The position numbers and the translations under genes were made by a program. Positions 10,456 through 20,991 of a stretch of 64,000 bases of DNA are shown here, one piece after another; the stretch's first letter is position 1; each line of letters begins with the position of its first letter. The DNA is from an uncultured Acidobacteriota bacterium. GTDB lineage: Bacteria > Acidobacteriota > Thermoanaerobaculia > UBA5066 > Gp7-AA6. A model generated the notes under the pieces. The model was given only the letters and a program-made list of their open reading frames with translations. It did no database searches and was not told the origin of the DNA. The stretch covers positions 324,843-388,842 of the forward strand of contig CAVQCH010000002.1 in NCBI GenBank assembly GCA_963710945.1. The letters run 5' to 3'.

Positions 10456-12909
10456 ATGGGCGGACTCCGGCAGGACCTTCGACATGCCGCGCGGGGGCTG
10501 GCGAGAAACCCCGGCGTTTCCGCGATCATGGTCGTGACGCTCGCCCTGGGCATCGGGGCGACCACGGCGATTTTCAGCGTGGTGCACGGCGTGCTGCTGC
10601 GGCCGCTGCCGTACCCCGACGCGAAGCGGATCATGGCCGTCTTCGAGGTCACCTCGAAGGGCAGACCGTCGCGCGTCGCGGACCCGAACTTCGACGACTT
10701 CCGGGATCAAAACCAGCAGCTTCCAGGCGATGGCGAAGTACACCAGCGTCGTGGCTTCCGTCTCGGGAGCTGCGTCGCCGACGCGCACGACGGTGGCGTA
10801 CGTCTCGCCCGACTTCGTCCGCGTCCTCGGCGTGCCGCCGATCCTCGGGCGGGACTTCGGCGCCGCCGACGCGAGAAAAGGAGCCGGACCGACCGTCCTC
10901 GTCAGCCAGGGATACTGGAAGCAGCATCTCGGATCGCCGCCGGATCTTTCCCGGGCGCACCTGAAGATCGACGGTGCCGTCTACTCCGTGATCGGCGTGC
11001 TTCCGGCGGGGTTCCGGTTCCCCGCGGACGCGGACCTCTGGGTGCCGGCCGATCTGGACGGCGAGAACCCGAGCCGGACGTCGCATAACTACAGCGCGGT
11101 CGGGCGCCTGCGGGACGGGGTGACCGTCGCGCAGGCGAACCGGGACATCAGCGCGATCGCGCGCCGCATCCACGATGCCTCGAGCGAGAAGGGCGACTAT
11201 CTCCTCGCGGACGCGATGGTCGTCCGGCTCCAGGACTCCATCACCGGCCCGGCTCGCGGCGCGCTTCTGGTGCTGCTCGGCGCGGTCGGGTTCCTGTTGC
11301 TCGTGGCCTGCGCGAACGTGGCGAACCTGCTGCTGGCGCAGGCGTCGGGCAGGCAGCGTGAGCTCGCCATTCGCAGCGCTCTCGGCGCGGCGCGCGGCCG
11401 GCTGATCCGGCAGTTCCTCACCGAGGCATTCCTGCTGTCTCTGATCGGCGGCGGCCTCGGCCTGCTGGGGGCGCTCGGGGGCGTGGCCGGACTGCTGGCG
11501 CTCGCGCCCGCGAGCCTGCCGCGGCTCGACAGCGTCGCGATCAGCCTTCCCGTCCTCGTGTTCGCGTTGCTCCTGTCGACCGCGGTCGCCGCCGGCCTCG
11601 GAGCGTTCACCGCGGTGCGAGCCACCTCCGGCGGCCCGCGCCAGGGCCTCGTCGAGGGCGGGCGGGGACAGGCGGGATCGCCGGGAAGCCAGCGCCTCGG
11701 CCGTTTCATCGTGGCCGCGCAGATCGCGATCACGCTGGTTCTCGTGATCGGAGCGGGCTTGCTCGGGCGCAGCCTGATGAAGGTGCTCGAGGTGAATCCG
11801 GGTTTCCGCGTGGACAGGATCGTCACGATGGACGTTTCGCTTCCCGTGGGTGGACGACGCGAAGGCGAAGGCGGGCCAGGCGGCCTTCTACTCCCGCCTC
11901 ATCGACCGCCTCGCGCAGATCCCGGGCGTGAGCAAGGTCGGCGCGACGAGCGGCCTGCCGATGGACGGCGGCCTTCCCGACGGGATGTTCCTGCTGATGG
12001 CGCCGGAAGAGGCGCCGAAAGACGTGGGGGAGCTCGCCCCGCTGCTCCAAGCAGAAGGAGCGTATCGGCAACGCGGACTTCTGCGCCGCCACGGACGGGT
12101 ACTTCCGGGCCCTTGGAATTCCGTTGATGCGAGGGCGGCTGTTCGACGGACGCGACGGCGCCGATTCTCCGCACGTTGCCGTCATCAGCGAATCGCTCGC
12201 ACGCGATCGGTGGCCGGATCGGGATCCGATCGGCCGCACGATCGAGTTTGGAAACATGGATGGCGATCTGCGTCTCCTCACGATCGTCGGGATCGTGGGC
12301 GACACCCACGAATACGGCCTCGACGCGCCGCCGCGCCCGACCGTCTACGTGAACCTGTTCCAGCGGCCGCGCTCGGCGGTCACCCTGACGATGCTGAGCG
12401 ACGCCGACACGCGCCAGGTCACTTCGGCGGCGCGGGGAATCCTGCAGGACCTCGATCCCGAGCTGCCGGCGAGGTTCCGGACGTTTTCGCAGGTCTACGC
12501 CGCGTCGCTCGGCTCCCGGCGGTTCAACGTCATCCTCGTCGGGTTCTTCGGGATCACGGCCCTGCTGCTCGCCACCGGAGGCGTGTTCGGCGTGATGGCC
12601 TATTCAGTCAGCCGCCGCACGCGCGAGATAGGCGTTCGCGTCGCCCTCGGTGCGCGCTCCCGGGACGTGCTGCGACTGGTGCTCGGTCAGGGCTTGCGCA
12701 CGATCTTCGTCGGCGTGGCGATCGGGATTGCCGGGTCGCTCGCCCTGACGCGCGCCGTGGCGTCGCAGCTCTTCGGCGTGACGGCCACCGATCCGGTGAC
12801 GTTCGGCGCGGTGACGGTCCTCCTCGTCGGGGCGGCGCTGCTCGCCTGTTACGTCCCAGCGCGGCGGGCCACGAGGGTCGACCCGATGGTCGCGCTGCGG
12901 GCCGACTAG
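10456..12909 (+). pseudogene. ABC-transporter permease of the FtsX/MacB-like 'ADOP' family, interrupted by three +1 frameshifts (about 10718, 11848, 12050)
   Basis: Family N-terminus MGGLRQDLRHAARGLARNPGVSAIMVVTLALGIGATTAIFSVVHGVLLRPLPYPD; the middle (...YVSPDFVRVLGVPPILGRDFG...VTMDVSLPV / DDAKAKAGQAAFYSRLIDRLAQIPGV) and C-terminal FtsX domain (...GVMAYSVSRRTREIGVRVALGARSRDVLRLVLG...DPMVALRAD) are in three different frames; no ABC ATPase gene is adjacent. Confidence 0.7.
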
Positions 12910-12912
12910 CTT

Positions 12913-13584
12913 TCAGAACCGATAGATCACCCCGAGGCGGAAGTCTGCCTGCTGGATGACGTGGCTGGTGTCCCGGGAGTTGCACGTGTAGGTGACGAAG
13001 TCCCAGTAGCAGCCGCCGGGGCCGGCCGAGAACAGGTAAACGGGCGCCCAGCGTGCCTCCAGGCGCAGCCCGACGTGCTCGGAGAAGTACGCCCGCACGC
13101 CGCCGGCGATGCTGAAGGTGAACTTCGTCGTCGCGGGCAGCTCGTTGGACGGTACGAGGACGGTGAAGCCGAGGCCCAGGCCGAGGTACGGGCGAACCGG
13201 CCGGCCCGGGGGGACGAAGTTGGCGAGGATGCCGAACGTGACGTCGTGAATCCCCATGTCGTAGGTGCGCTGCGCGGGGTTCGCGTCCGCGGCGAGCGCG
13301 GTCGCCGGAGAGTCCGTGTAGCCGTACTGGATCTCGAGATCGCCGAACCGGTCGATGCCCCAGTCGACGGCCATGCCGAACGTCGCCGCGTTGACGAGAT
13401 CGAGGATTGGCGAGTCGGGGGCGGCCTTCGTCGAAATGCTGCCCTCGATTCGATAGCCGGCGAGCAGCGTCGCCTCGAAGCGGCCCGGCCGGAAAGGCGC
13501 CGCCGGGTCCTGAGCTTCTGCGGCCGCAACCGCTAGAGCCGCGGCGCCAAAACCCGCGAGCAGCCGCGTCCCTCGCCGCGACAT
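12913..13584 (-). CDS. outer-membrane beta-barrel protein (OmpA-like porin fold) with signal peptide
   Basis: MSRRGTRLLAGFGAAALAVAAAEAQ signal; alternating hydrophobic beta-strand pattern; C-terminal aromatic residue (…GVIYRF); GGAGGTG Shine-Dalgarno upstream. Confidence 0.65.
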   Translation of the reverse strand: MSRRGTRLLAGFGAAALAVAAAEAQDPAAPFRPGRFEATLLAGYRIEGSISTKAAPDSPILDLVNAATFGMAVDWGIDRFGDLEIQYGYTDSPATALAADANPAQRTYDMGIHDVTFGILANFVPPGRPVRPYLGLGLGFTVLVPSNELPATTKFTFSIAGGVRAYFSEHVGLRLEARWAPVYLFSAGPGGCYWDFVTYTCNSRDTSHVIQQADFRLGVIYRF

Positions 13585-13687
13585 GGCAACCCCACCTCCG
13601 AGGCCGCTACCATGGTGTCGTGCCGATCCGGATGGGGCGAGATGCGTACGCATCAGCGACGGATCGAGAAACAAAGCAGGAGGGGAT

Positions 13688-14152
13688 ATGGCCGGTGAAG
13701 AGAGCGCGAGCAGGCACCCCGTCGCGATCGAGGGCGTGACGCCGATCCTGCGCGTCGAGAACCTCGCCGCGAGCGTGGATCACTATGTCCGCGTGCTCGG
13801 CTTCGAGCTGGACTGGCACGAGCCGGGCGTCCTGGGCTCGGTCTCGCGCGGCCGCTGCACGCTCTTTCTTTGCGAGGGCGACCAGGGCAACCGCGGCGCG
13901 TGGGTCTGGATCGGCGTCTCGAATGTCGACGCGCTGTGCGAGGAGTACAGAAGCCGGGGAGCCACGGTCCGCCATCCGCCGACGAACTACGCCTGGGCGC
14001 GGGAGATGCAGATCGAGGACCCCGACGGCAACGTGCTCCGGTTCGGGTCGGAGCCCGACGAGGAGGAGCCGATCGGCGAATGGCTCGACATGCGCGGCGA
14101 TCGCTGGACCCGATCTCCGGGTGGCGGCTGGACGCGCGTCCAGCCCGGATGA
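13688..14152 (+). CDS. VOC-family (glyoxalase/bleomycin-resistance-like) protein
   Basis: ILRVENLAASVDHYVRVLGFEL...; AGGAGGGG Shine-Dalgarno then ATG at 13688. Confidence 0.65.
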   Translation: MAGEESASRHPVAIEGVTPILRVENLAASVDHYVRVLGFELDWHEPGVLGSVSRGRCTLFLCEGDQGNRGAWVWIGVSNVDALCEEYRSRGATVRHPPTNYAWAREMQIEDPDGNVLRFGSEPDEEEPIGEWLDMRGDRWTRSPGGGWTRVQPG

Positions 14153-14380
14153 GCCGTGGCGCCGCCGGTATAGGTTCGCCGAAAGGTGGCACCGAAGTTC
14201 CTGCGCCGACGCTCCGCTCACGGTCGCAAATCTAGATGAGGTGTCGAGGTCATGTGCGACCGCAGGCTGGGCCGATCGGTCGCGCCGGGGGTCGGTCCTG
14301 ATTGGCCGATTTCGGCTGTGAGTCCTGCCTCGGTGCGAAACCGGGGGGTTTGCTGGGCGTACTGTCTGGTGGAGGTGCCG

Positions 14381-14989
14381 ATGCGTCCTCATCCTATGGT
14401 GATCCTGGCCATCCTGCTTTCGTTCACTCTCGTCCTGCGGGCCGCGCCGCTGCGCGAAGTCAAGGGTGGCACATTGATCTCTCCGGCCGATCCCGCCGCC
14501 ACGTTCATCCTCGACAAACCCTTTCGGTACGCCGGCGGGCAGTCCATCGACATCCTCAAGGTCGCCGCGGCAGAGCAATATTTCTTCATCGAAGCCGCAG
14601 CCGATCAGTCGATCCGCCGCTTCTATTGGATCCAGTTCGAGCACTACTATCCGAGCAACGCGGATACGTACGACTATTCGGGAATCGCACAGAAGCCCGT
14701 GGCCATCGGGCGTCTCGAGTTCATGGGCGATGTCCGGGTGAGCCCGGATTACTTCAGCATGGACGATCGTCCCGGCTCCGACTCGAAAGCGGCCGCAGAT
14801 TTCCTACGCGCCAAAGGCTTCAAGCTCGATGGGGCTTTCGTCACTGTTCGCCTTTTCCATCTTCCGGACGCCACGAAGCGCCGGGAGCTCATGATCATCT
14901 ACGGCGAGATCCTCCCGCAGGGCGCATCCGAAGAACGAGCCATGTCGGAGATCACGGCGCACGCAAGAGCGAACATCAAGCTCCCTTGA
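14381..14989 (+). CDS. hypothetical secreted protein
   Basis: GGAGGTG Shine-Dalgarno, ATG at 14381, signal peptide MRPHPMVILAILLSFTLVLRAAPL; slightly lower GC than neighbouring genes. Confidence 0.5.
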   Translation: MRPHPMVILAILLSFTLVLRAAPLREVKGGTLISPADPAATFILDKPFRYAGGQSIDILKVAAAEQYFFIEAAADQSIRRFYWIQFEHYYPSNADTYDYSGIAQKPVAIGRLEFMGDVRVSPDYFSMDDRPGSDSKAAADFLRAKGFKLDGAFVTVRLFHLPDATKRRELMIIYGEILPQGASEERAMSEITAHARANIKLP

Positions 14990-15012
14990 ATCGTCACGGC
15001 GACCGTGCGATC

Positions 15013-16701
15013 TCACCGGAGCTCGGGGAACTCCTCCTCCCAGAATTCCGCGGGGCCGCGGGCGTTCCTCGCGTGCCGCTCGTTCTCGATCGCCCGCAGC
15101 TCGACGCGGCGGATCTTGCCCGAGATCGTCCTGGGCAGCGGCGCGAACTCCAGGCGCCGGATTCTCTGGAATGGCGCAAGGCGTCTGTGGGCGAAGGCGA
15201 AGATCGAAGCCGCCGTGTCTCGCGACGCCTCCCGCCCCGGCTTCAGGACCACGATGGCCTTCGGGACGCACAGGCGCAGGGGATCGGGGCTGGGAATGCA
15301 CGCGGCCTCTGCGACGGCGTCGTGCTCGAGCAGGGCGCTCTCGAGCTCGAACGGGCTGATCCTGTAGTCGGCGCTCTTGAAGACGTCGTCGGAGCGGCCG
15401 ACGTACCAGAGGTATCCGGAATCGTCGCGGTACGCGGTGTCCGACGTGCGGTAGTAGTCGCCGCCGAGGACGGCCGCATTTCGCGCAGGATCGCCCTCGT
15501 ATCCCGCCATCATGGACGCCGGGCGAGGCCGCAGGTGGATCGCGATCTCGCCCTCCTTCGCGGCGCGGCCATCCTCGTCGAGCAGCGCGATGTCGTATCC
15601 CGGCAGGGGCCGCCCCATCGACCCGGGTCGTACGGGCTGTCCCGGCGTGTTGGCGATCTGCGCGGTGGTTTCCGTCTGCCCGTAACCGTCCCGGATCGTG
15701 AGTCCCCAGGCCTCGCGCACCTTGTCGATGACTTCGGGATTCAAGGGTTCGCCGGCGCCCGTGAGCTCTCGCAGCGCCATCGGGTGGGCCTTCAGGTCTT
15801 CGAGGACGAGCATGCGCCAGACGGTCGGCGGAGCGCAGAAGGTCGTCACGCGGTGCGCGGCGAGGAGGGCGAGCGTGTTGCGCGCGTCGAACCGCGCCGC
15901 TCCCGGCACGAAGATGGACGCTCCGGCGTTCCAGGGAGCGAAGAAGGAGCTCCACGCGTGCTTGGCCCAGCCGGGAGAGCTGATGTTGCAGTGCAGATCG
16001 CCCTCCCGCATTCCGATCCAGTACATGGTCGAGAGGTGGCCGACCGGATAACTGCGGTGCGTGTGCAGCACCAGCTTCGGCAGGGCGGTGGTGCCCGAGG
16101 TGAAGTAGAGGAGCAACGGGTCGTCGGCGAGCGTCGCGCCCTCGGGTCGGAAGGCGGCGGGCTCCGCGTACGCATCCTCGTAGGTCGCCCAGCCCGACTC
16201 CCGGCCGCCGACCAGGATGCGCCGGTAGTCGCCGGAGAGCGCCGCGAACTTCTCGACGCCGCCTCCGTCGGTGACGACGCAGCCCATCCGGCCGCGCTCG
16301 ATGCGATCGGCGAGGTCGGCGGGCGTCAGGAGCGTCGAGGCGGGACTGACGACGGCGCCGAGCTTCATCGCCGCAAGGGTGATCTCCCAGAGGGCCGTGA
16401 CGTTCGGGAGCATCACGAGAATGCGGTCGCGGCGCCGCAATCCGAGGCGACGGAAGAATGCCGCCGCGCGATTCGACCGCTCGGAGAGCTCGGCGAAACT
16501 CAGGCGCGACTCCGTCCCGTCTTCGCCCACGACCCGCAATCCCTCGCGCCGGTTGCCGCGGCCGAGGACGTCGAAATAGTCGAGCGCCCAGTTGAACGCG
16601 GTCAATTCCGGCCAGCGGAAGCCGGCGCGGGCCCGGTCGTAGTCCTGGCTGTTGTCGATCAGAAATTCCCGCGCCTCGAGGAAGGATTTCGTGGGGTTCA
16701 A
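15013..16701 (-). CDS. AMP-dependent synthetase/ligase (acyl-CoA synthetase family)
   Basis: AMP-binding motif YFTSGTTALPK, ...DGYGQTETT..., C-terminal ...ISGKIRRVELR; 64 bp downstream of the PKS operon on the same strand. Confidence 0.85.
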   Translation of the reverse strand: MNPTKSFLEAREFLIDNSQDYDRARAGFRWPELTAFNWALDYFDVLGRGNRREGLRVVGEDGTESRLSFAELSERSNRAAAFFRRLGLRRRDRILVMLPNVTALWEITLAAMKLGAVVSPASTLLTPADLADRIERGRMGCVVTDGGGVEKFAALSGDYRRILVGGRESGWATYEDAYAEPAAFRPEGATLADDPLLLYFTSGTTALPKLVLHTHRSYPVGHLSTMYWIGMREGDLHCNISSPGWAKHAWSSFFAPWNAGASIFVPGAARFDARNTLALLAAHRVTTFCAPPTVWRMLVLEDLKAHPMALRELTGAGEPLNPEVIDKVREAWGLTIRDGYGQTETTAQIANTPGQPVRPGSMGRPLPGYDIALLDEDGRAAKEGEIAIHLRPRPASMMAGYEGDPARNAAVLGGDYYRTSDTAYRDDSGYLWYVGRSDDVFKSADYRISPFELESALLEHDAVAEAACIPSPDPLRLCVPKAIVVLKPGREASRDTAASIFAFAHRRLAPFQRIRRLEFAPLPRTISGKIRRVELRAIENERHARNARGPAEFWEEEFPELR

Positions 16702-16765
16702 GGGCGGAACGGTATCGCGACGCGGGGGTCGGAGACGAGGGGAGCGCCCGGGGCGGGCAGGCGCT

Positions 16766-17893
16766 CTATCGCGCGCCGAGGCGGGCGATCGCGAAGCGCA
16801 GCAGGGGCGACCCCGCCATTCGCGCGGCGACGGCGGCGGCCGAGGGCTGGAGCATGAACCGTCGGAACACCGAGCCCCAGCCGAACGGCCGGGAGAAGCG
16901 CTCGCGCCAGGCCCGCGTGTAGACGCGGGCGACGTCGTTCATGGAAATCCGCCCGTCGAGGCCCCGGATCAGGATCTCCGCCGCCAGGATTCCCGACCCC
17001 AGCGCTCCCGCCTGACCTTCGCCGGAAAAGGGATCGATGACGCCCGCGGCGTCGCCGACCATGAGCATCCGGTTTTCGACCGGCGGCTTCACGGTGAAGA
17101 ACACGGGACCGATCCCGAGGAATCCGCCCGGCCCCTCCCGCAGGTTCGCCATCGCCGCGTCCAACGCCGCGCTCGAGCGGCGGGCATGGGCGACCACGAC
17201 ATCCCATCCGCTGCCGAGCCTCCGGCGCGTTCGTTCGGAAATGACGCCCGCCAGATTCGTCACTCCGTTCTCGACCCGGGAAAGCCCGCAGTAGCCGCCC
17301 GGGAAGAGGAAGAGATGAACGTGGCCGGCGAGCCGTTCGCCGCCGGCGAAATCCCGGCTCCAGCCGAAGAATCGCGAGCCGCCGGCGAGAAATCGGCGCT
17401 TGAGCCTGCGATCGAGAGCGTCCCATCGCCCCCACGCGCCGATGACGCAGCGGGCTTCGAGAGTGTGTTCGCTCCCGTCGGACAGGAACCGGACGCGGAA
17501 CTCGGAGCCGGTGCCCCGGTCGATCGACGTCACGCGAGCGCCGTATCGGACCTCCGCTCCAAGCGCGGCGGCGCGCCGCGCGAGCAGCGTGTCGAGGCGC
17601 GAGCGGGAAACGCCGAGGCCGGCGGCGGGCAACTCGAAAGCGACCGAGCGGCCGCGGGGAAGATGCAGGAAGCCTCGTTCGATGTGTTCCGCGCCGGCTT
17701 CGATGTCGGCAAGGACGCCCAGGCGCCGCAGATCCGGCCTCGCCCTGCCGGAAAGAAATTCGCCGCAGACCTTGGCGCGCGGAAAGCGGTCCTTCTCCAG
17801 GACGATCGCGCGACGCCCCGCCGCGGCGAGGGTCGCCGCCGCCGCGGATCCGGCGGGCCCGGCGCCGACGATCAGGGCATCGCAAGCGCTCAT
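16766..17893 (-). CDS. FAD-dependent oxidoreductase/monooxygenase (geranylgeranyl-reductase-like fold)
   Basis: N-terminal DALIVGAGPAGSAAAATLAAAGRRAIVLEK (GxGxxG FAD motif); ATGA start/stop overlap with the upstream methyltransferase. Confidence 0.8.
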   Translation of the reverse strand: MSACDALIVGAGPAGSAAAATLAAAGRRAIVLEKDRFPRAKVCGEFLSGRARPDLRRLGVLADIEAGAEHIERGFLHLPRGRSVAFELPAAGLGVSRSRLDTLLARRAAALGAEVRYGARVTSIDRGTGSEFRVRFLSDGSEHTLEARCVIGAWGRWDALDRRLKRRFLAGGSRFFGWSRDFAGGERLAGHVHLFLFPGGYCGLSRVENGVTNLAGVISERTRRRLGSGWDVVVAHARRSSAALDAAMANLREGPGGFLGIGPVFFTVKPPVENRMLMVGDAAGVIDPFSGEGQAGALGSGILAAEILIRGLDGRISMNDVARVYTRAWRERFSRPFGWGSVFRRFMLQPSAAAVAARMAGSPLLRFAIARLGAR

Positions 17894-18589
17894 GCGTCGG
17901 CGGTGATCAGAAGGCCGTAAGGGAACACGCGCCTCGTGCGGGCGGTCGGGGCGACGGCCCCGGCGATCGCCTGCGCCTCCGCCGCCGTGTAGGCCTGCCG
18001 CACGGAGGCGACACCATCGAGCACCGAGACTCGGCTTCGAAAGAGCGCGCGCCCTGCCACCGCGATGGCGGCGAGCGGGATCCGGTGCCGGCGCAGATCG
18101 AGGATGGCGAAGCCGACCCGCGCGACGCGCAGGAGCTCGGCGAGGATCGACCGGTTCTCGTCGGGAGAGAAGTGGTGAAAGAACAGCGTCGAGACGGCAA
18201 AGTCGAAGGCTCGATCGGGAAACGGAAGGCGGAAGACGTCCGCGGCGACGAGTCCCACGGGGTGCGGGGCCCGGGACGTTCGCCCCGCCGCCAGGTGCCT
18301 CCACTGGACGTCGAGCGCGGTCACGCGGACCTCTCCCGCGGCGTCGCGAGAGGGATGCGCGGAGCCGGCGCGTGACCGAGGCGGAACCGGCGCCGACGTC
18401 CAGGATCGAGGCCGGCCGGCCGGGGACCCGGAGTCGAGGCGCCAGGTGGCGCACGAGCGCCCGCGACCCGCCCCAGTGCCGATGAACGAAGTCGAGATCC
18501 GCGAGCGAGAGCCGCATCTCCGCGTCGGGAAGCGACGGATCGTCCAGGAGCTCGCCCGAGGGGCGCCGGGGAGGCACGAGGAGACTCAC
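17890..18589 (-). CDS. class I SAM-dependent methyltransferase (apparent single frameshift near 18330)
   Basis: SAM motif I ILDVGAGSASVTRRL in one frame; motifs ...FDFAVSTLFFHHFSPDEN...LAELLRVARVGFAILDL in the adjacent frame. Confidence 0.7.
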
Positions 18590-18626
18590 CGGCGGCGGCC
18601 CGCGCTCCGGCGAGCCCGTGGACGCC

Positions 18627-19682
18627 TCACGCCCATTGCAGCAGAAGCTGCTCCGCCGTAAATCCGGGACCGAATGCCGCCATGAGGCCGAGGCTTCCCG
18701 GCGCCGGCCGCCTCTTCGTCACCCACTCGTGGAGCACGAAGAGCACCGAGGCGCTCGACAGGTTTCCGTACTCGGCGAGGACGTCCCATGAGGGCTGCGT
18801 GCGCTCGCGGGGGAGAGCGAGCTCTTCTTCGATCGCGGCGAGGAGCTTTCGACCCCCCGGATGGAGCACGAACGCGTCGATTTCCCCGGGAGCGAGGCCG
18901 TGGCGCCGGAGAAAACACGGCACCAGGTCCCGGATCCGTCCCCGGATCATGTCCGGGACGTCGCGGGAGAGCACGATGTGGAGTCCCGTCTCCTTCAGGA
19001 CGAAGCCCATCGCGTCGATCGAGTCGGGAAACAGGTAACTCTCGGCGTCGAGGACCCGCGGCCCGGCCGCATCCTGCCCCGTCATGACGGCCGCGGCGGC
19101 GCCGTCGCCGAAGAGGATGCTCGAGATCAGGTTGGCCTGAGAAAGGCTGCCGCGTTGAAACGTGAGGCTCGCGAGCTCGACAGCGACGATCAGGACCCTG
19201 CCCCGCGGGAAAGCCAGCAGGAAATCGCGCCCGCGCGCGATCGCCGAGGCGCCCGCGGCGCACCCGAGCTCGGTGATGGGCAAGCGGCGCACGTTGGATC
19301 GAAAGCCCATGGCGTTGACGAGGTGGGCGTCGAGCGAAGGGATCATCACGCCGGTGCACGAGACGGTGATGATGAGGTCGATCTCCTCCGGCTGCACCCG
19401 TGCGCGCGCGAGGCACTCGGTCGCGACCTCGCGGCCGAGGCGGATGGCGTGTTCCTGATACTGCTCGCTGATTCGATCGAGAGATCTCGGCCGGATCAGC
19501 TCTTCCACCGGCAGGACGCAGAAGCGCTGGCGAATCCCGGAGTTGTCGACGACCGCCATCATCGCGTCGAGCCGTGAACCCTCGAGCGGGAACACTCGTC
19601 CGAAGTAGGTCTTGACCTCCTCGCGCGTGACCGGGAAATCGGGAACCGCGGTCGCGGTGGCGGCGATGACGGCGTCGGCCAT
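18627..19682 (-). CDS. type III polyketide synthase (chalcone/stilbene synthase superfamily)
   Basis: Cys-His-Asn triad motifs GCAAGASAI, FVLHPGGRKLL, YGNLSSASVLFVL; about 350 aa. Confidence 0.85.
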   Translation of the reverse strand: MADAVIAATATAVPDFPVTREEVKTYFGRVFPLEGSRLDAMMAVVDNSGIRQRFCVLPVEELIRPRSLDRISEQYQEHAIRLGREVATECLARARVQPEEIDLIITVSCTGVMIPSLDAHLVNAMGFRSNVRRLPITELGCAAGASAIARGRDFLLAFPRGRVLIVAVELASLTFQRGSLSQANLISSILFGDGAAAAVMTGQDAAGPRVLDAESYLFPDSIDAMGFVLKETGLHIVLSRDVPDMIRGRIRDLVPCFLRRHGLAPGEIDAFVLHPGGRKLLAAIEEELALPRERTQPSWDVLAEYGNLSSASVLFVLHEWVTKRRPAPGSLGLMAAFGPGFTAEQLLLQWA

Positions 19683-19685
19683 GCG

Positions 19686-20558
19686 TCAGTTCCGGCCGGC
19701 GTCGATTCGAGCAATCTCGCGGGAGTACAGCGGGTTCTGCGGAAATTCGTCGCGCAACTCCGCGAGCATACGCCGCGCGCGCGGCCCGTCGTGGTCGCGC
19801 AGGTAGGCGACGGCCAGCAGCAGGCGGGCGAACGGGGCGAGGTAACGGCCGCTCTGCGCCGTCCATTCGAGCTCCCGGATTCCCTGCTTCTTGTCCGACG
19901 AAAAGCCGCTCAGGCCCAGGATCCACCGGACGGGAGCCGGGCTGCTCCCGATCAAGTATTTCGAGAGGCCCGTGGCCAGGTAGGCGTCCCCGTAGTCGGG
20001 GGCCACGGCCAGGAGCTTCCGCGCCCACTCCGTGGCGCGCCGCGTCGGCCCGAGCGCCGCGAGGTTGCGATTCTCGATGAGGGAAAGGTAGTCCGCCTGC
20101 AGCCCCGAATCGAGCGTCAGCGCAAAGAGCGCGTCCGTGTCGCGGGGATCCGCGGCGATCCTCGCCCGCGCGAGAGACTCGGACCGCCGCAGGGCGGCGT
20201 CGAACCGGGCCCGGGTGTCGGGGTCCGGATGGAGGCCCTTTCGGCCGAGGAAGCTCTCGTCCTCGACGAAGAACTGCGCCTCGAGGATCCCGAGCCGATT
20301 CAACTCCGAGAAGAGCGTGCCCGCGGCTTCCGAAGCCGGCCCCAGGGGGTCCTCCGGATGCAGCCGTTGCCACTCCGCAAAGGCCCCGAGCGCGCCCTCG
20401 AAGTCGAGCTGGTACATCTGCCGGTAGCCGAGATCCAGGGAATCGGCAGCCGGCGGAAGCGTGGCCCCGAGCGCGCGCGCGCCCAGCGTCGCCATGCCCC
20501 AGAAGAGCAGCGACCGAAGGCGAATCCCCCGTGAGCGGCAGCGCGTTGTCATGACCAC
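19686..20558 (-). CDS. hypothetical exported helical protein, first gene of the PKS operon
   Basis: 3-nt gap to the PKS start; N-terminal hydrophobic segment; no recognisable catalytic motif. Confidence 0.45.
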   Translation of the reverse strand: MVMTTRCRSRGIRLRSLLFWGMATLGARALGATLPPAADSLDLGYRQMYQLDFEGALGAFAEWQRLHPEDPLGPASEAAGTLFSELNRLGILEAQFFVEDESFLGRKGLHPDPDTRARFDAALRRSESLARARIAADPRDTDALFALTLDSGLQADYLSLIENRNLAALGPTRRATEWARKLLAVAPDYGDAYLATGLSKYLIGSSPAPVRWILGLSGFSSDKKQGIRELEWTAQSGRYLAPFARLLLAVAYLRDHDGPRARRMLAELRDEFPQNPLYSREIARIDAGRN

Positions 20559-20703
20559 TCGGCCTGCCGCCCGGGAGCAATCCGTCTCCCGCGACGCGGC
20601 CGCCTCGATCGTAGTGGCTGCAAGAACCGGACCGCGGGCGCTTTAACCCGATCCTTATTGCTTTTTCGGCGAGTGCCCGATACGGTCCGACGCGTCGAGG
20701 CCG

Positions 20704-20991
20704 ATGCCGATGCCCGATCCACTCGCCGAAACCGTCATTGCCGCGCTGGCCGAGGTCAAGCACGTGGCCCCGGAAGGCATCTCGATCGACAGTACGTTCG
20801 AAGAGCTCCGCGTCGATTCCCTGGACGCCATCACGCTGCTCTTCGAGCTCGAGGGCCGGCTCGACGTCGTCATCCCGGACGACGCGGCGAAATCGGCCCG
20901 CAGCGTCCGCGACGTCGTCGAAGGACTCCGGGCGCTGATCGCCCGCGGCCCCGCGCAGCCCGCCTCTCCACCCGCGCCCGCCGCCCGATGA
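20704..20991 (+). CDS. acyl carrier protein
   Basis: Phosphopantetheine attachment motif LRVDSLDAITLLFELE; ATGA overlap with the downstream ketosynthase. Confidence 0.8.
   Translation: MPMPDPLAETVIAALAEVKHVAPEGISIDSTFEELRVDSLDAITLLFELEGRLDVVIPDDAAKSARSVRDVVEGLRALIARGPAQPASPPAPAAR

Noticed and set aside
14153-14380. Possible regulatory inverted repeats (GGCCGATCGG / GGCCGATTTCGG) upstream of the 14381 gene
   Set aside because: Imperfect, GC-rich and without a T-tract or promoter hexamers nearby. Indistinguishable from background in a 70% GC genome.
18586-20763. 725-aa minus-strand ORF covering the PKS and upstream gene
   Set aside because: Out-of-frame with the well-supported type III PKS (18627-19682) and hypothetical (19686-20558) genes. 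Composition Arg/Gly/Pro-rich.
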